64,000 nt of DNA, taken from the IMG/VR virus record IMGVR_UViG_3300000115_000013, positions 1 through 64,000 of that record, one strand, 5' to 3'. Under the pieces are notes generated by a model that saw nothing but the letters and a program-made list of their open reading frames with translations, was not told the origin of the DNA and did no database searches. Below are positions 55,912-64,000 of the stretch, piece after piece. Position 1 is the stretch's first letter, and every line of letters starts with the position of its first letter. The stretch is from an uncultured virus (IMG/VR IMGVR_UViG_3300000115_000013). Its lineage: Duplodnaviria > Heunggongvirae > Uroviricota > Caudoviricetes. Position numbers and translations under genes: made by a program.

Positions 55912-57059
55912 AAGTATTAGTGTTTGGCGATGTAATCGTCGACAAATATATCTATGGTACTAGTACAAGAATTAGTCCAGAAGCACCTGTGCCTGTTGTG
56001 ACTTTTCAAGAAGAAAAAGAATCACTAGGCGGTGCAGGACTTGTGTATGAAAACCTAAAAAGTCTAGGCGTAGATGCAACACTACTTCAAACAGAACAGC
56101 CACGTAGTGTTAAGACTAGAATAATATGTGACGGGCATTATATTACACGTATAGATGATGATAAAGATGCAGATTCAAATGCAGTATTAGCAAATGTATT
56201 GCGTAGTGACTTCTCTCAATGGGATTATGTTATACTAAGTGATTACGACAAAGGTGTATTAGACAATGCAAAACAAATTATTGCACATATAAACAGCCAA
56301 GGTCCTAAAGTAATTGTAGATCCAAAACGATATGCACACGACTATGAAGGCGCTTGGTTAGTAAAGCCTAACAACAGCGAATATACTAAGTTTGAATTTG
56401 ACGAATGGCAGGGTAATATTATCACCACAGACGCAGGTCACAGCGTGAGTGCTACAATAGAAAATATCGAATATACTATTCCTGTAGAACAAGTCGAAGT
56501 ATCAGATGTTACTGGCGCTGGAGATTGTTTTCTAGCTGCGTTTGTGTATGCACTTACTAAAGGTTACAGTCATAAAAAATGTTTAGAGATAGCTGTTAGT
56601 GCAAGTACACAAAGTGTTAAGCACACTGGTACATATGTTTTAACTAAACAGGATGTAGAACGTACTAAAGTGTTTACCAATGGTTGCTTTGACATTGTAC
56701 ATCGAGGACATATTGAAATGCTCAAGGCTAGTAAACAATTGGGAGACTGGCTAGTAGTAGGGGTTAATACAGATCAAAGTGTTCGTCGTCTTAAAGGTGA
56801 ATCTAGACCTGTTAATAATGAAAGTGACAGAAAAGTTCTGCTGGAAAGTTTAGACTTTGTTGATGAAGTAATACTGTTTGACGAGGATACGCCACTGGAA
56901 TTAATACAACGTGTACAGCCAGACATAATTACCAAAGGCGGCGACTATACAGTAGACACAGTTGTAGGTAACCAACTTGCAAAAATTGTGATACTACCAA
57001 CTGTGGATGATTATAGCACAACAAATACAATACAAAGGATTAATAATGACACAACTTAA
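55908..57059 (+). CDS. hldE: Bifunctional heptose-7-P kinase/adenylyltransferase
   Basis: RISPEAPVPV, SDYDKG, DVTGAGD; FTNGCFDIVHRGH, KGESRP, KGGDY, STT. Confidence 0.92.
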   Translation: MKVLVFGDVIVDKYIYGTSTRISPEAPVPVVTFQEEKESLGGAGLVYENLKSLGVDATLLQTEQPRSVKTRIICDGHYITRIDDDKDADSNAVLANVLRSDFSQWDYVILSDYDKGVLDNAKQIIAHINSQGPKVIVDPKRYAHDYEGAWLVKPNNSEYTKFEFDEWQGNIITTDAGHSVSATIENIEYTIPVEQVEVSDVTGAGDCFLAAFVYALTKGYSHKKCLEIAVSASTQSVKHTGTYVLTKQDVERTKVFTNGCFDIVHRGHIEMLKASKQLGDWLVVGVNTDQSVRRLKGESRPVNNESDRKVLLESLDFVDEVILFDEDTPLELIQRVQPDIITKGGDYTVDTVVGNQLAKIVILPTVDDYSTTNTIQRINNDTT

Positions 57060-57411
57060 AGGCCAGCAAGATAAAGGATGGGGTCGAGAATTAATTTTTG
57101 CCACTAATGACAAATACTGTGGCAAAATAATGTTCTTTGACAAAAAGGGTGCTAAGTTTAGTATGCATTTTCATAAAGAAAAAGACGAAAGTTGGTATGT
57201 ACTTAATGGTAGTTTTACGCTACATATTATAGATACTGATACTGCTGAAATGGAAACACATGTTTTAACAAAGGGAGAAACATGGCGTAACGAACCACTA
57301 TTACCGCATCAGTTAATTGCAATGCAAGATAATAGTATTATTATTGAAGTTAGTACTCCAGATAGCGTAGAAGACAACTATCGAATTATCAAAGGTGATA
57401 GTCAAACATGA
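57046..57411 (+). CDS. Cupin-fold protein (sugar-isomerase-like)
   Basis: KGWGRE, SMHFHKEKDESWYV, PHQL, IEVST; start at 57046. Confidence 0.8.
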   Translation: MTQLKGQQDKGWGRELIFATNDKYCGKIMFFDKKGAKFSMHFHKEKDESWYVLNGSFTLHIIDTDTAEMETHVLTKGETWRNEPLLPHQLIAMQDNSIIIEVSTPDSVEDNYRIIKGDSQT

Positions 57412-58142
57412 GTAAGCTATGGACGTTTGGGGATAGTTTTGTTTCTCCAGTGAATAGATGTTATGATACAGAGCATTATCCAGAGTGGCATTGGGTTTAT
57501 CAGCTTGGAAAAAAACTTGGGGTGTCAGGATTGTCTGGTGCTGCATTACCAGGGGTAAGTAATGAATGGATTTCACATCAGATAATGCAAAACATTAATA
57601 ATATTAATAAGGATGATTTTATTGTTATTGTTACAACTGGTATGCATAGACGCTGGTTTATTAAAGATAAACCAACGTTATCCAATTTATATATTGTTAA
57701 CTTACATGAACATATGCCGCGAGATTCTTATCGTGCAATTGATCTTTACAAGCAAGAATTTAATGAACAGCATGAGTTTTTAAGTAAAATTTATTACGAA
57801 CAATTTTTAACATGGATACGCTCAGTATTAGAACCTTACCAATATTGTTTAATACCAGGATTTGATGCTACAACATTGCATCATACTTCAAATGACATAC
57901 CATTGGTAAAAGCTGATGAAGGCGAGTTTATTGATGGTTATGATAGAAAATTATTTGCAACATGGGAAGGTTGGGATAGGAGACTAAGTCATTTAAGTGA
58001 ATGCAATCACGATGTATTGTCAGATAAAATTACTAGATTTTTCAATACTAATGAACTAATAGATCTTAGCACTGAATTTAAGAAAAATTTATTTACTTGT
58101 AAGCAAGATTGTTTGGACTACAATTTAGATATCTCAATTTAA
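57408..58142 (+). CDS. SGNH/GDSL-like protein (paralogue of 20477-21340)
   Basis: LWTFGDSF, PGVSN, RRWFI, DRRLSHL. Confidence 0.55.
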   Translation: MSKLWTFGDSFVSPVNRCYDTEHYPEWHWVYQLGKKLGVSGLSGAALPGVSNEWISHQIMQNINNINKDDFIVIVTTGMHRRWFIKDKPTLSNLYIVNLHEHMPRDSYRAIDLYKQEFNEQHEFLSKIYYEQFLTWIRSVLEPYQYCLIPGFDATTLHHTSNDIPLVKADEGEFIDGYDRKLFATWEGWDRRLSHLSECNHDVLSDKITRFFNTNELIDLSTEFKKNLFTCKQDCLDYNLDISI

Positions 58143-59009
58143 TTACACGATAGAATCATAAGGAAACTTTCCTTCATATTTGCTACATCTAGGTTGTGCA
58201 GTACATTCTCTACAATGCGGTAATCTAATGTTTACACCATCTTTTGTAGTGTTGTTTCCGTCATATGCATATCCATTTGCATCCCATTGCATGTTATTTA
58301 CTTTGTGCATATGACCAACAGTCTTTACACTGTCCACAACTTTTTGATCAACTTCAGGATGGCAATTTTTATGCCAGTAACTTATTACACTTGGTATCTT
58401 CTTGCTGTCGTATTTGCCTTCTGGAGTAGTGCCAAAGAAAATAAAATTTTCACATGCACCACCATCTATCCATGCTTTACCATTCTTTTCATTAAAGTGA
58501 ATAGCACTAGCTGGGCAAGCATTTATACAATCATAACAATCTGTACATTTCTTCCACATATTGTATTGAATTTTTTTACCCTTATCAGGTATATTTGTAA
58601 TTTCTGTTTTGAACCCTACCATTGCAAAATGACAATCAAAACCAAATTTGTAACTGTATACTAATGTATTTCTTGCCCTTACTCCAAGTCCGCTTAGTAT
58701 AGCCGCTTCTTTATAGTTTGTATACATTGGGTACCAACTCATAATTTTGCTTTTTTTAATTGTGTTTATAATTTCGTCGTAAAAACTATAGTCCCAACTT
58801 TCTCCAAATTTGCACATAACAATGCCATGTGTAATATCAGGAAAATGAATACCGTTTGTGAAGTCTCTGCCAAATATATGGTACTTGCCTTTTACTGGTG
58901 AACTACTAGCTTGAAACGTATCTTCACGTGAAAGATATGCCATATCCCAAGTATCATCGAATAAACTTTTGAATTCTTCAAAGTCAACTGGCATATTTAG
59001 ATATCTCAA
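58143..59009 (-). CDS. QueG/reductive-dehalogenase-like 4Fe-4S protein
   Basis: KEAAILSGLG..ARNTL...KFG, CTDCYDCINACP, ...C...CREC....C. Confidence 0.65.
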   Translation of the reverse strand: MRYLNMPVDFEEFKSLFDDTWDMAYLSREDTFQASSSPVKGKYHIFGRDFTNGIHFPDITHGIVMCKFGESWDYSFYDEIINTIKKSKIMSWYPMYTNYKEAAILSGLGVRARNTLVYSYKFGFDCHFAMVGFKTEITNIPDKGKKIQYNMWKKCTDCYDCINACPASAIHFNEKNGKAWIDGGACENFIFFGTTPEGKYDSKKIPSVISYWHKNCHPEVDQKVVDSVKTVGHMHKVNNMQWDANGYAYDGNNTTKDGVNIRLPHCRECTAQPRCSKYEGKFPYDSIV

Positions 59010-59688
59010 TATAGTATACAGTATCTTTGTGTTCTATACTGTTACTAAAATTAGTTATATGTAGATTATTATTTGCTAACATATCACTAAATGTGTCTGG
59101 ATTGCTTCCTGTTACATTTTCCATAAGCATTATTTTACCATCATCTGTTAAATAATCATTGACGGTATCAAAAAAGTCTTGATGTATTTTCCAATCTAAA
59201 TCCTGCATTTTTCTCGGTTCATGTTCAGCTACTGTCAAGTCATCTCGCCAGGGTGGCACAGTAAAATTAAAATGAGGAGGATTTGCTATTATAAGATCAA
59301 ACTTTTGCTTAGGTATGCGTTTAAAATTATCAGACAGATAAAATTTGCAAGGTAAGTTATTTTGTTTAATTGTTTTTGTTATTACTTGTTGTGCATCTCT
59401 ACTGATATCACTAAAACTAATGTGTGTTGTTAATCCAGTTTGTAATGCAGCTAATCCAAAGTAGCCTGGTCCACAGCACCATTCTAACGCATTATAAAAT
59501 TGTCGTCCTTGCGAAAAATGATGAAAGCAACTATTTGCATCCTGTACTGTTAAGTATCCATATCCATCAGTATCATCGCTGCTGAATACAGTATAATTCC
59601 CTATATTAACTGAGGTTGTCGAGTTCAAAGTCAAACACAAATACCTTCTTATTTGTAGTGCATGGATACGCACCATGCCAAACATCAC
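58984..59688 (-). CDS. Class I SAM-dependent methyltransferase (HemK/MTS-like); start uncertain
   Basis: LEWCCGPG, SDIS, FDLIIANPPHF. Confidence 0.8.
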   Translation of the reverse strand: MMFGMVRIHALQIRRYLCLTLNSTTSVNIGNYTVFSSDDTDGYGYLTVQDANSCFHHFSQGRQFYNALEWCCGPGYFGLAALQTGLTTHISFSDISRDAQQVITKTIKQNNLPCKFYLSDNFKRIPKQKFDLIIANPPHFNFTVPPWRDDLTVAEHEPRKMQDLDWKIHQDFFDTVNDYLTDDGKIMLMENVTGSNPDTFSDMLANNNLHITNFSNSIEHKDTVYYIEISKYAS

Positions 59689-60145
59689 CGTCTAAGACAA
59701 TTAGTGTTCCAGGCAATTGTTCAATTGTTTTAACATTTATAGATCCGTCTGGTTCTGGCAGTATAAAATAAAATATTCCTGATCCGACTTCGCCCTCTAC
59801 ACACAGAACTACTGACACCGACTTGCCTGCCGGACCATGGTTATGTATTGCTTGCCAACCATTCTCCATATATTCAATATTCCAAGCTCGCAATCTTTCT
59901 CCTAATTTAAATGGAGCACTATGTGTAGATAAATGGGTGTTTACATAATCTCTAATATCATTAGTTAGTTCTATACCTTCATCATCTTCAAAATAGGTTT
60001 GCTGTGCAACATTACTAGCAACTAGGTCCGCTTCAACAGACCTAGTTGCTTGATTCCAATTTTCTAGTGTGGTTTGCCACTGTGGATATGTGGTTTCGAT
60101 TGCCCATTTTGTATTATAAAAGGATGACCAAAAATTATTGCTCAT
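59606..60145 (-). CDS. Putative 2OG-Fe(II) oxygenase
   Basis: W...Y....WQAIHNH, PGTLIVL...VWH..YP. Confidence 0.7.
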   Translation of the reverse strand: MSNNFWSSFYNTKWAIETTYPQWQTTLENWNQATRSVEADLVASNVAQQTYFEDDEGIELTNDIRDYVNTHLSTHSAPFKLGERLRAWNIEYMENGWQAIHNHGPAGKSVSVVLCVEGEVGSGIFYFILPEPDGSINVKTIEQLPGTLIVLDGDVWHGAYPCTTNKKVFVFDFELDNLS

Positions 60146-60244
60146 TTATAACCCCACAGTACTATTCATAAAATTGCCTACTATATCGTGTATAATATTG
60201 TTAGATAATTGTATTATCTTTAGTTGATCTAGTGTTATTGACAT

Positions 60245-62089
60245 TTAGACTGGTGTCCAATTTCCTTTAAAGATTAATTTTCCAAACTCTGGCAAATACA
60301 AGTACTCAACATCACTATTAGATACAGTTTTCAATGCATCTTCTAATGTTTCAACTAATGGTTCTCCACCTAGATTGAAACTAGTGTTAAAGATAATAGG
60401 ACACCCTGTTTTTTCTTTAAACGCNTTAATAATATCATAGTAATGCGGATTTTGATCCCTGTTAACTGTTTGAATACGACAAGTGCCATCTATGTGAATA
60501 ATAGCTGGAATCTTTTCTTCAATACCGGGCTGACAATTTACAGCATACATCATAGTTGGAGAACTTTCCATACCACGCAAATCAAACCATTCATGCACGT
60601 CTTCTTCTAAGATACTACCTGCAAATGGACGGAAATATTCTCTGTGTTTTACACTGTTTACAAAATCTTTTCCATCTGGATCTGTGGGATCATACATTAA
60701 ACTTCTGTTACCTAATGCACGTGGTCCATTTTCACTACGTCCTTGAAACAATGATACAATATTTTTACTAGTTATAAGTTCCACTATGTCATCATGTGTA
60801 GCATCACTAGTTGTACAATCATATTTTTCTGCTAATGTTTCAATATATTGTTGAGTATAATCATATTTTGGTCCCAAATAAATCTCTGGGTTATGTTTCT
60901 CTTCTGATCGAGACATTTCATAATACCCCCAAAGTGCTGCGCCAATCGCAGTACCACCATCATTACTGCATGGCTCTACATATAAATTAATACCTTCTTC
61001 ACTCAATTTATCCAAATAGTGATAATTTGCAACACAGTTTAGTCCATATCCACCACTAAGAACAACGTTCTTTTGTCCAGAAAATTCTACTGCACTTTTA
61101 ATTAAATTTAAAACTTGTTCTTGTGTTTCTGTTTGTATAGCATATGATAAGTCTTTTCGGTTTTGTAGATCTGGATATTTTTCATGTTCCCCTGGGGTAA
61201 ATGCAAGCTCTGAATAAGCTGGATAATTTACATATGCAGCATTAGGATAGGTTGGAATAATTAAATTTCTATTTACAGTTGGAATAGTAGTATCTGTAGA
61301 AAAGATAGAAGGTATATTGTCATTAGGTTTGCCATAGGGAAATAATCCCATAGTCTTACCAGCTTCAATTGCTTGAAATCCATTATAGATAGTAGCTGCT
61401 TCATATGCTTTAACAATGCCAGCATTTGGAGATAATACTGCTATGTGTTTTCCATCTTCACTTATACTATCACTAGGACATTGGTATTCTATCTGATGTG
61501 GCATAGGTTCTCTTGTACCAAAATGTTTATAATAAGTTTTAAATTCTGCTGGATATTTAACACCAATAATACTTTCAACTTCCCAAGCAACAATGGATTC
61601 ATCTGGTTGGAAGGGTAAACTGCACCTTACATTTGCAGCTGATCCTGCACCATCTACAACAACTGCCACAGCTTCGTCAAATCCACTTCTATAAAAAGCA
61701 CAAGCTGCATGAACTTTGTGGTGTTGACTTGCTAAATCAATTACTTGTGGACTTAGAGGTTCTTCTGGGGTTGGTATATGAAAATCAATAAGTCCAAGTT
61801 TACGTGCCATTCCAGAGTAAATATCATCACTCATATACTCAATACACAAGTCTCCGGCGGCACCAAGTGTTGTTGTATGTGATACGAACATATAATCAAT
61901 TTTATCAGTATAATCAAGAACTTTAACCATTCCAGCAAGCGGCGAGCCGTCATATTTTGCTCTGCTAAGACGCTCTTCTTCAACTGAAAATACTACTTCA
62001 CCATCCTTTAGTAGACATACGCCTGCGTTATGACCTCTACTAATACCTAAAATGTACCCAGTATTATTAACTCTATTTAATTTTTTCAT
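60245..62089 (-). CDS. O-carbamoyltransferase (NodU/CmcH/TobZ family)
   Basis: GHNAG, EEERLSRAK, HHKVHA, VVDGAG, GKTMGL, SGGYGLNCVAN, GPRALGNRS, NTSFN. Confidence 0.92.
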   Translation of the reverse strand: MKKLNRVNNTGYILGISRGHNAGVCLLKDGEVVFSVEEERLSRAKYDGSPLAGMVKVLDYTDKIDYMFVSHTTTLGAAGDLCIEYMSDDIYSGMARKLGLIDFHIPTPEEPLSPQVIDLASQHHKVHAACAFYRSGFDEAVAVVVDGAGSAANVRCSLPFQPDESIVAWEVESIIGVKYPAEFKTYYKHFGTREPMPHQIEYQCPSDSISEDGKHIAVLSPNAGIVKAYEAATIYNGFQAIEAGKTMGLFPYGKPNDNIPSIFSTDTTIPTVNRNLIIPTYPNAAYVNYPAYSELAFTPGEHEKYPDLQNRKDLSYAIQTETQEQVLNLIKSAVEFSGQKNVVLSGGYGLNCVANYHYLDKLSEEGINLYVEPCSNDGGTAIGAALWGYYEMSRSEEKHNPEIYLGPKYDYTQQYIETLAEKYDCTTSDATHDDIVELITSKNIVSLFQGRSENGPRALGNRSLMYDPTDPDGKDFVNSVKHREYFRPFAGSILEEDVHEWFDLRGMESSPTMMYAVNCQPGIEEKIPAIIHIDGTCRIQTVNRDQNPHYYDIIXAFKEKTGCPIIFNTSFNLGGEPLVETLEDALKTVSNSDVEYLYLPEFGKLIFKGNWTPV

Positions 62090-62105
62090 ATTTGTGTTAA
62101 CTCCA

Positions 62106-63098
62106 TTATTTTTTCTTAGTCTGTAGCATTAGTGGCAAATTATCTATTTTATTTTTAGATTTAGTTGCATCTTTAGATTTTGGTTTTCCTAGTTTTTCTT
62201 CTATGCTATCAATTATTTGTTTCATAACATTATCATCAAAAATCATAAGATCTTCGCTATCACGTTCTATAGCAAAATCATGCGTTACTCTAAATGGTTG
62301 ATATTCTCTAGTTTCTTTGCCATTATCAATAATTGTAAAATCTTTATTTCCAGGGTATGAAATATTTTCAGGATATGTTGCCCCTATTACTACCGTAGCT
62401 GGTTTTCCTAATGCGTTTGCATAATGTTGTCCCATGCTATCACATCCTAAGAAATAATCACATGCATTAACAATACCCATCCATTGTAACAAATTTGTAT
62501 CATTTGGCATAACAGCACCCATTTGTTTTTCTGTGGGTATTTCTAAATTTGTCATTAATATAACAGCGTAATTTTTTGACAATTCATCAACAATACGTGT
62601 AATATCTCTAACTTCAAAACTACGACCACTACTATCATATAAGAAATTACCATCACGTTTTGCGCCAGATCCTAGTGGTTGGAATACTATAGCTTTTTCT
62701 TTTCCAGTTTGCTGTTTAAGTTGCGCAATCATATTATGCCCATATACTTGATCAGCTTTATTAATTTCTAAGTTAAATGATTTCGATTCAGGAATATCAT
62801 CAAGGTCATTAATAAGTATATCAAATGCTTGAATTAGATTTACTTTTTGAGTAAAATATGCATTCAATCTATAGGGCTCGGGACTGATAAGTTCAGTTTG
62901 TTTTAGTTTATCCCATAATCCTTTGCTATTTGCTGGCCAAATATTATTACGTAATTTTTTGCTACTATAAAATAATTCTTGCCAAGCTTCAGCAACAATT
63001 ACAACATCGTCTGCAACATTATCTTTGTAGTATTCTAAACCAGGAATACTACAAAGAACTCTACCGGCGCCGCCGTTAATAAAAAATGATTTTTTCAT
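62106..63098 (-). CDS. GT-B glycosyltransferase, family 9 (heptosyltransferase-like)
   Basis: GGAGRVLCSIP, FLGCDSMGQHYANALGKP.TVVIG.T. Confidence 0.7.
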   Translation of the reverse strand: MKKSFFINGGAGRVLCSIPGLEYYKDNVADDVVIVAEAWQELFYSSKKLRNNIWPANSKGLWDKLKQTELISPEPYRLNAYFTQKVNLIQAFDILINDLDDIPESKSFNLEINKADQVYGHNMIAQLKQQTGKEKAIVFQPLGSGAKRDGNFLYDSSGRSFEVRDITRIVDELSKNYAVILMTNLEIPTEKQMGAVMPNDTNLLQWMGIVNACDYFLGCDSMGQHYANALGKPATVVIGATYPENISYPGNKDFTIIDNGKETREYQPFRVTHDFAIERDSEDLMIFDDNVMKQIIDSIEEKLGKPKSKDATKSKNKIDNLPLMLQTKKK

Positions 63099-63150
63099 GT
63101 ATTTCTTTCATTATAATGTAAACGGTAGATAGAAAATACCGCATAGTTAC

Positions 63151-63178
63151 ATTATAGCTAATCTAGATTAATTGTCAA
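63151..63178 (-). promoter_or_regulatory. Sigma70-type promoter of the GT9-carbamoyltransferase operon
   Basis: TTGACA-N16-TATAAT. Confidence 0.55.
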
Positions 63179-63194
63179 GATATTTTTATTAAAT

Positions 63195-64000
63195 TTAAGA
63201 GCAAACCCAACTAACACAGATCATACCCATTCGACCACTGTCTCCACCACAAGAATTACAACCGCCACCAACTGTACCAGCGGCTCCGCCTGATCCTGGA
63301 ATTTGTCTATTATTACACCCAGTGAAATTACATCCAAAACAACTTGTACCTTGTTGCCAATAAGTCATAGCGCAACTACAATCTTCATATCCAAATACTG
63401 GTGCTGGGCAGGTATAAGTTTGGGCGTTGGTTAAGTTGTTTTGCGATACTTGCATCATTGGGAACATTGATGGTATACCGTATGCTGTACCATTGTATGT
63501 GGTTAGGACACTAGGAGTATACGCCCATGTTCTCTGACAATCATATAAGAAGTCAATACACATACTATCATTACCACTATCCCAACAAAAATTCCAACCA
63601 CTACAATTTTCAGGACCACACTTATCAGATTGACAACCTGGCATCTGAAAGGTGCTATTAGCTTGGAGATTGTTTACCGCAGCAACACAATTCCATTTGC
63701 AGAAACAACCATTGGTATCACCACTACAGGTAGTAATACAAACGTTAGCATTACCACTACAAATACAAGTACTACCTCCACATCCACCGTGGCTAGTTTG
63801 ATAAGCAAAACAACAATAAGCACACCCGGCACACAAACACCAACAATGTCCTGGAGTCACATCTAATTCTACCACACTATAAGCACCACTAGCACCAAAC
63901 GGTGCTCCTCCACAGCAACAATTACTGCCTGTTCCTGATCCAGGACCCCAACTTTGGAATCTAGCTCTACTTACACCTGGTGGTACACACCAAGTACAGC
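63195..64000 (-). CDS. Cys-rich, Gly-rich-domain fibre-like protein, 5' end beyond the window
   Basis: Frame stays open to 64000 (CTWCVPPGVSRARFQSWGPGSG...); same domain outline as the 48152 protein. Confidence 0.7.
   Translation of the reverse strand, partial: CTWCVPPGVSRARFQSWGPGSGTGSNCCCGGAPFGASGAYSVVELDVTPGHCWCLCAGCAYCCFAYQTSHGGCGGSTCICSGNANVCITTCSGDTNGCFCKWNCVAAVNNLQANSTFQMPGCQSDKCGPENCSGWNFCWDSGNDSMCIDFLYDCQRTWAYTPSVLTTYNGTAYGIPSMFPMMQVSQNNLTNAQTYTCPAPVFGYEDCSCAMTYWQQGTSCFGCNFTGCNNRQIPGSGGAAGTVGGGCNSCGGDSGRMGMICVSWVCS

Noticed and set aside
1..64000. Bacterial chromosome or prophage origin of the metabolic genes
   Set aside because: They are interleaved with T4-like core genes and phage promoters, with no integrase, rRNA or ribosomal-protein genes in the window

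Overview
A 64-kb, AT-rich, gene-dense segment of a large T4-like (myovirus) phage genome. It is most likely aquatic and infects an alphaproteobacterium, inferred from a Shemin-pathway hemA and a Rhodobacteraceae-type stand-alone corrinoid protein. Replication and recombination genes: gp41 helicase, gp61 primase, UvsW/UvsX/UvsY, gp32 and a 184-aa mini-DnaE. Morphogenesis genes: gp17, gp4, gp13/14/15, gp18/19 and fibres. It also carries six CCA-encoding tRNAs, including a rare tRNA-Ser(ACT), and many auxiliary genes (hemA-pcyX, ADP-heptose genes, GT9, carbamoyltransferase, QueG-like, RpiB, three 2OG-Fe(II) oxygenases). The intergenic DNA shows a strict TAARTA-N5-ATG leaderless late-promoter pattern. 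That pattern also points to an unannotated ~170-nt structured late RNA and a 24-aa zinc-ribbon micro-ORF. Other notable items are an anti-Shine-Dalgarno hairpin RNA, operator-like palindromes in early promoters, and a set of proteins with capsid-targeting-like N-termini that includes an RNA-ligase-like and a Pol-beta-like nucleotidyltransferase. All assignments come from motif recognition by eye; no database search or folding program was run.
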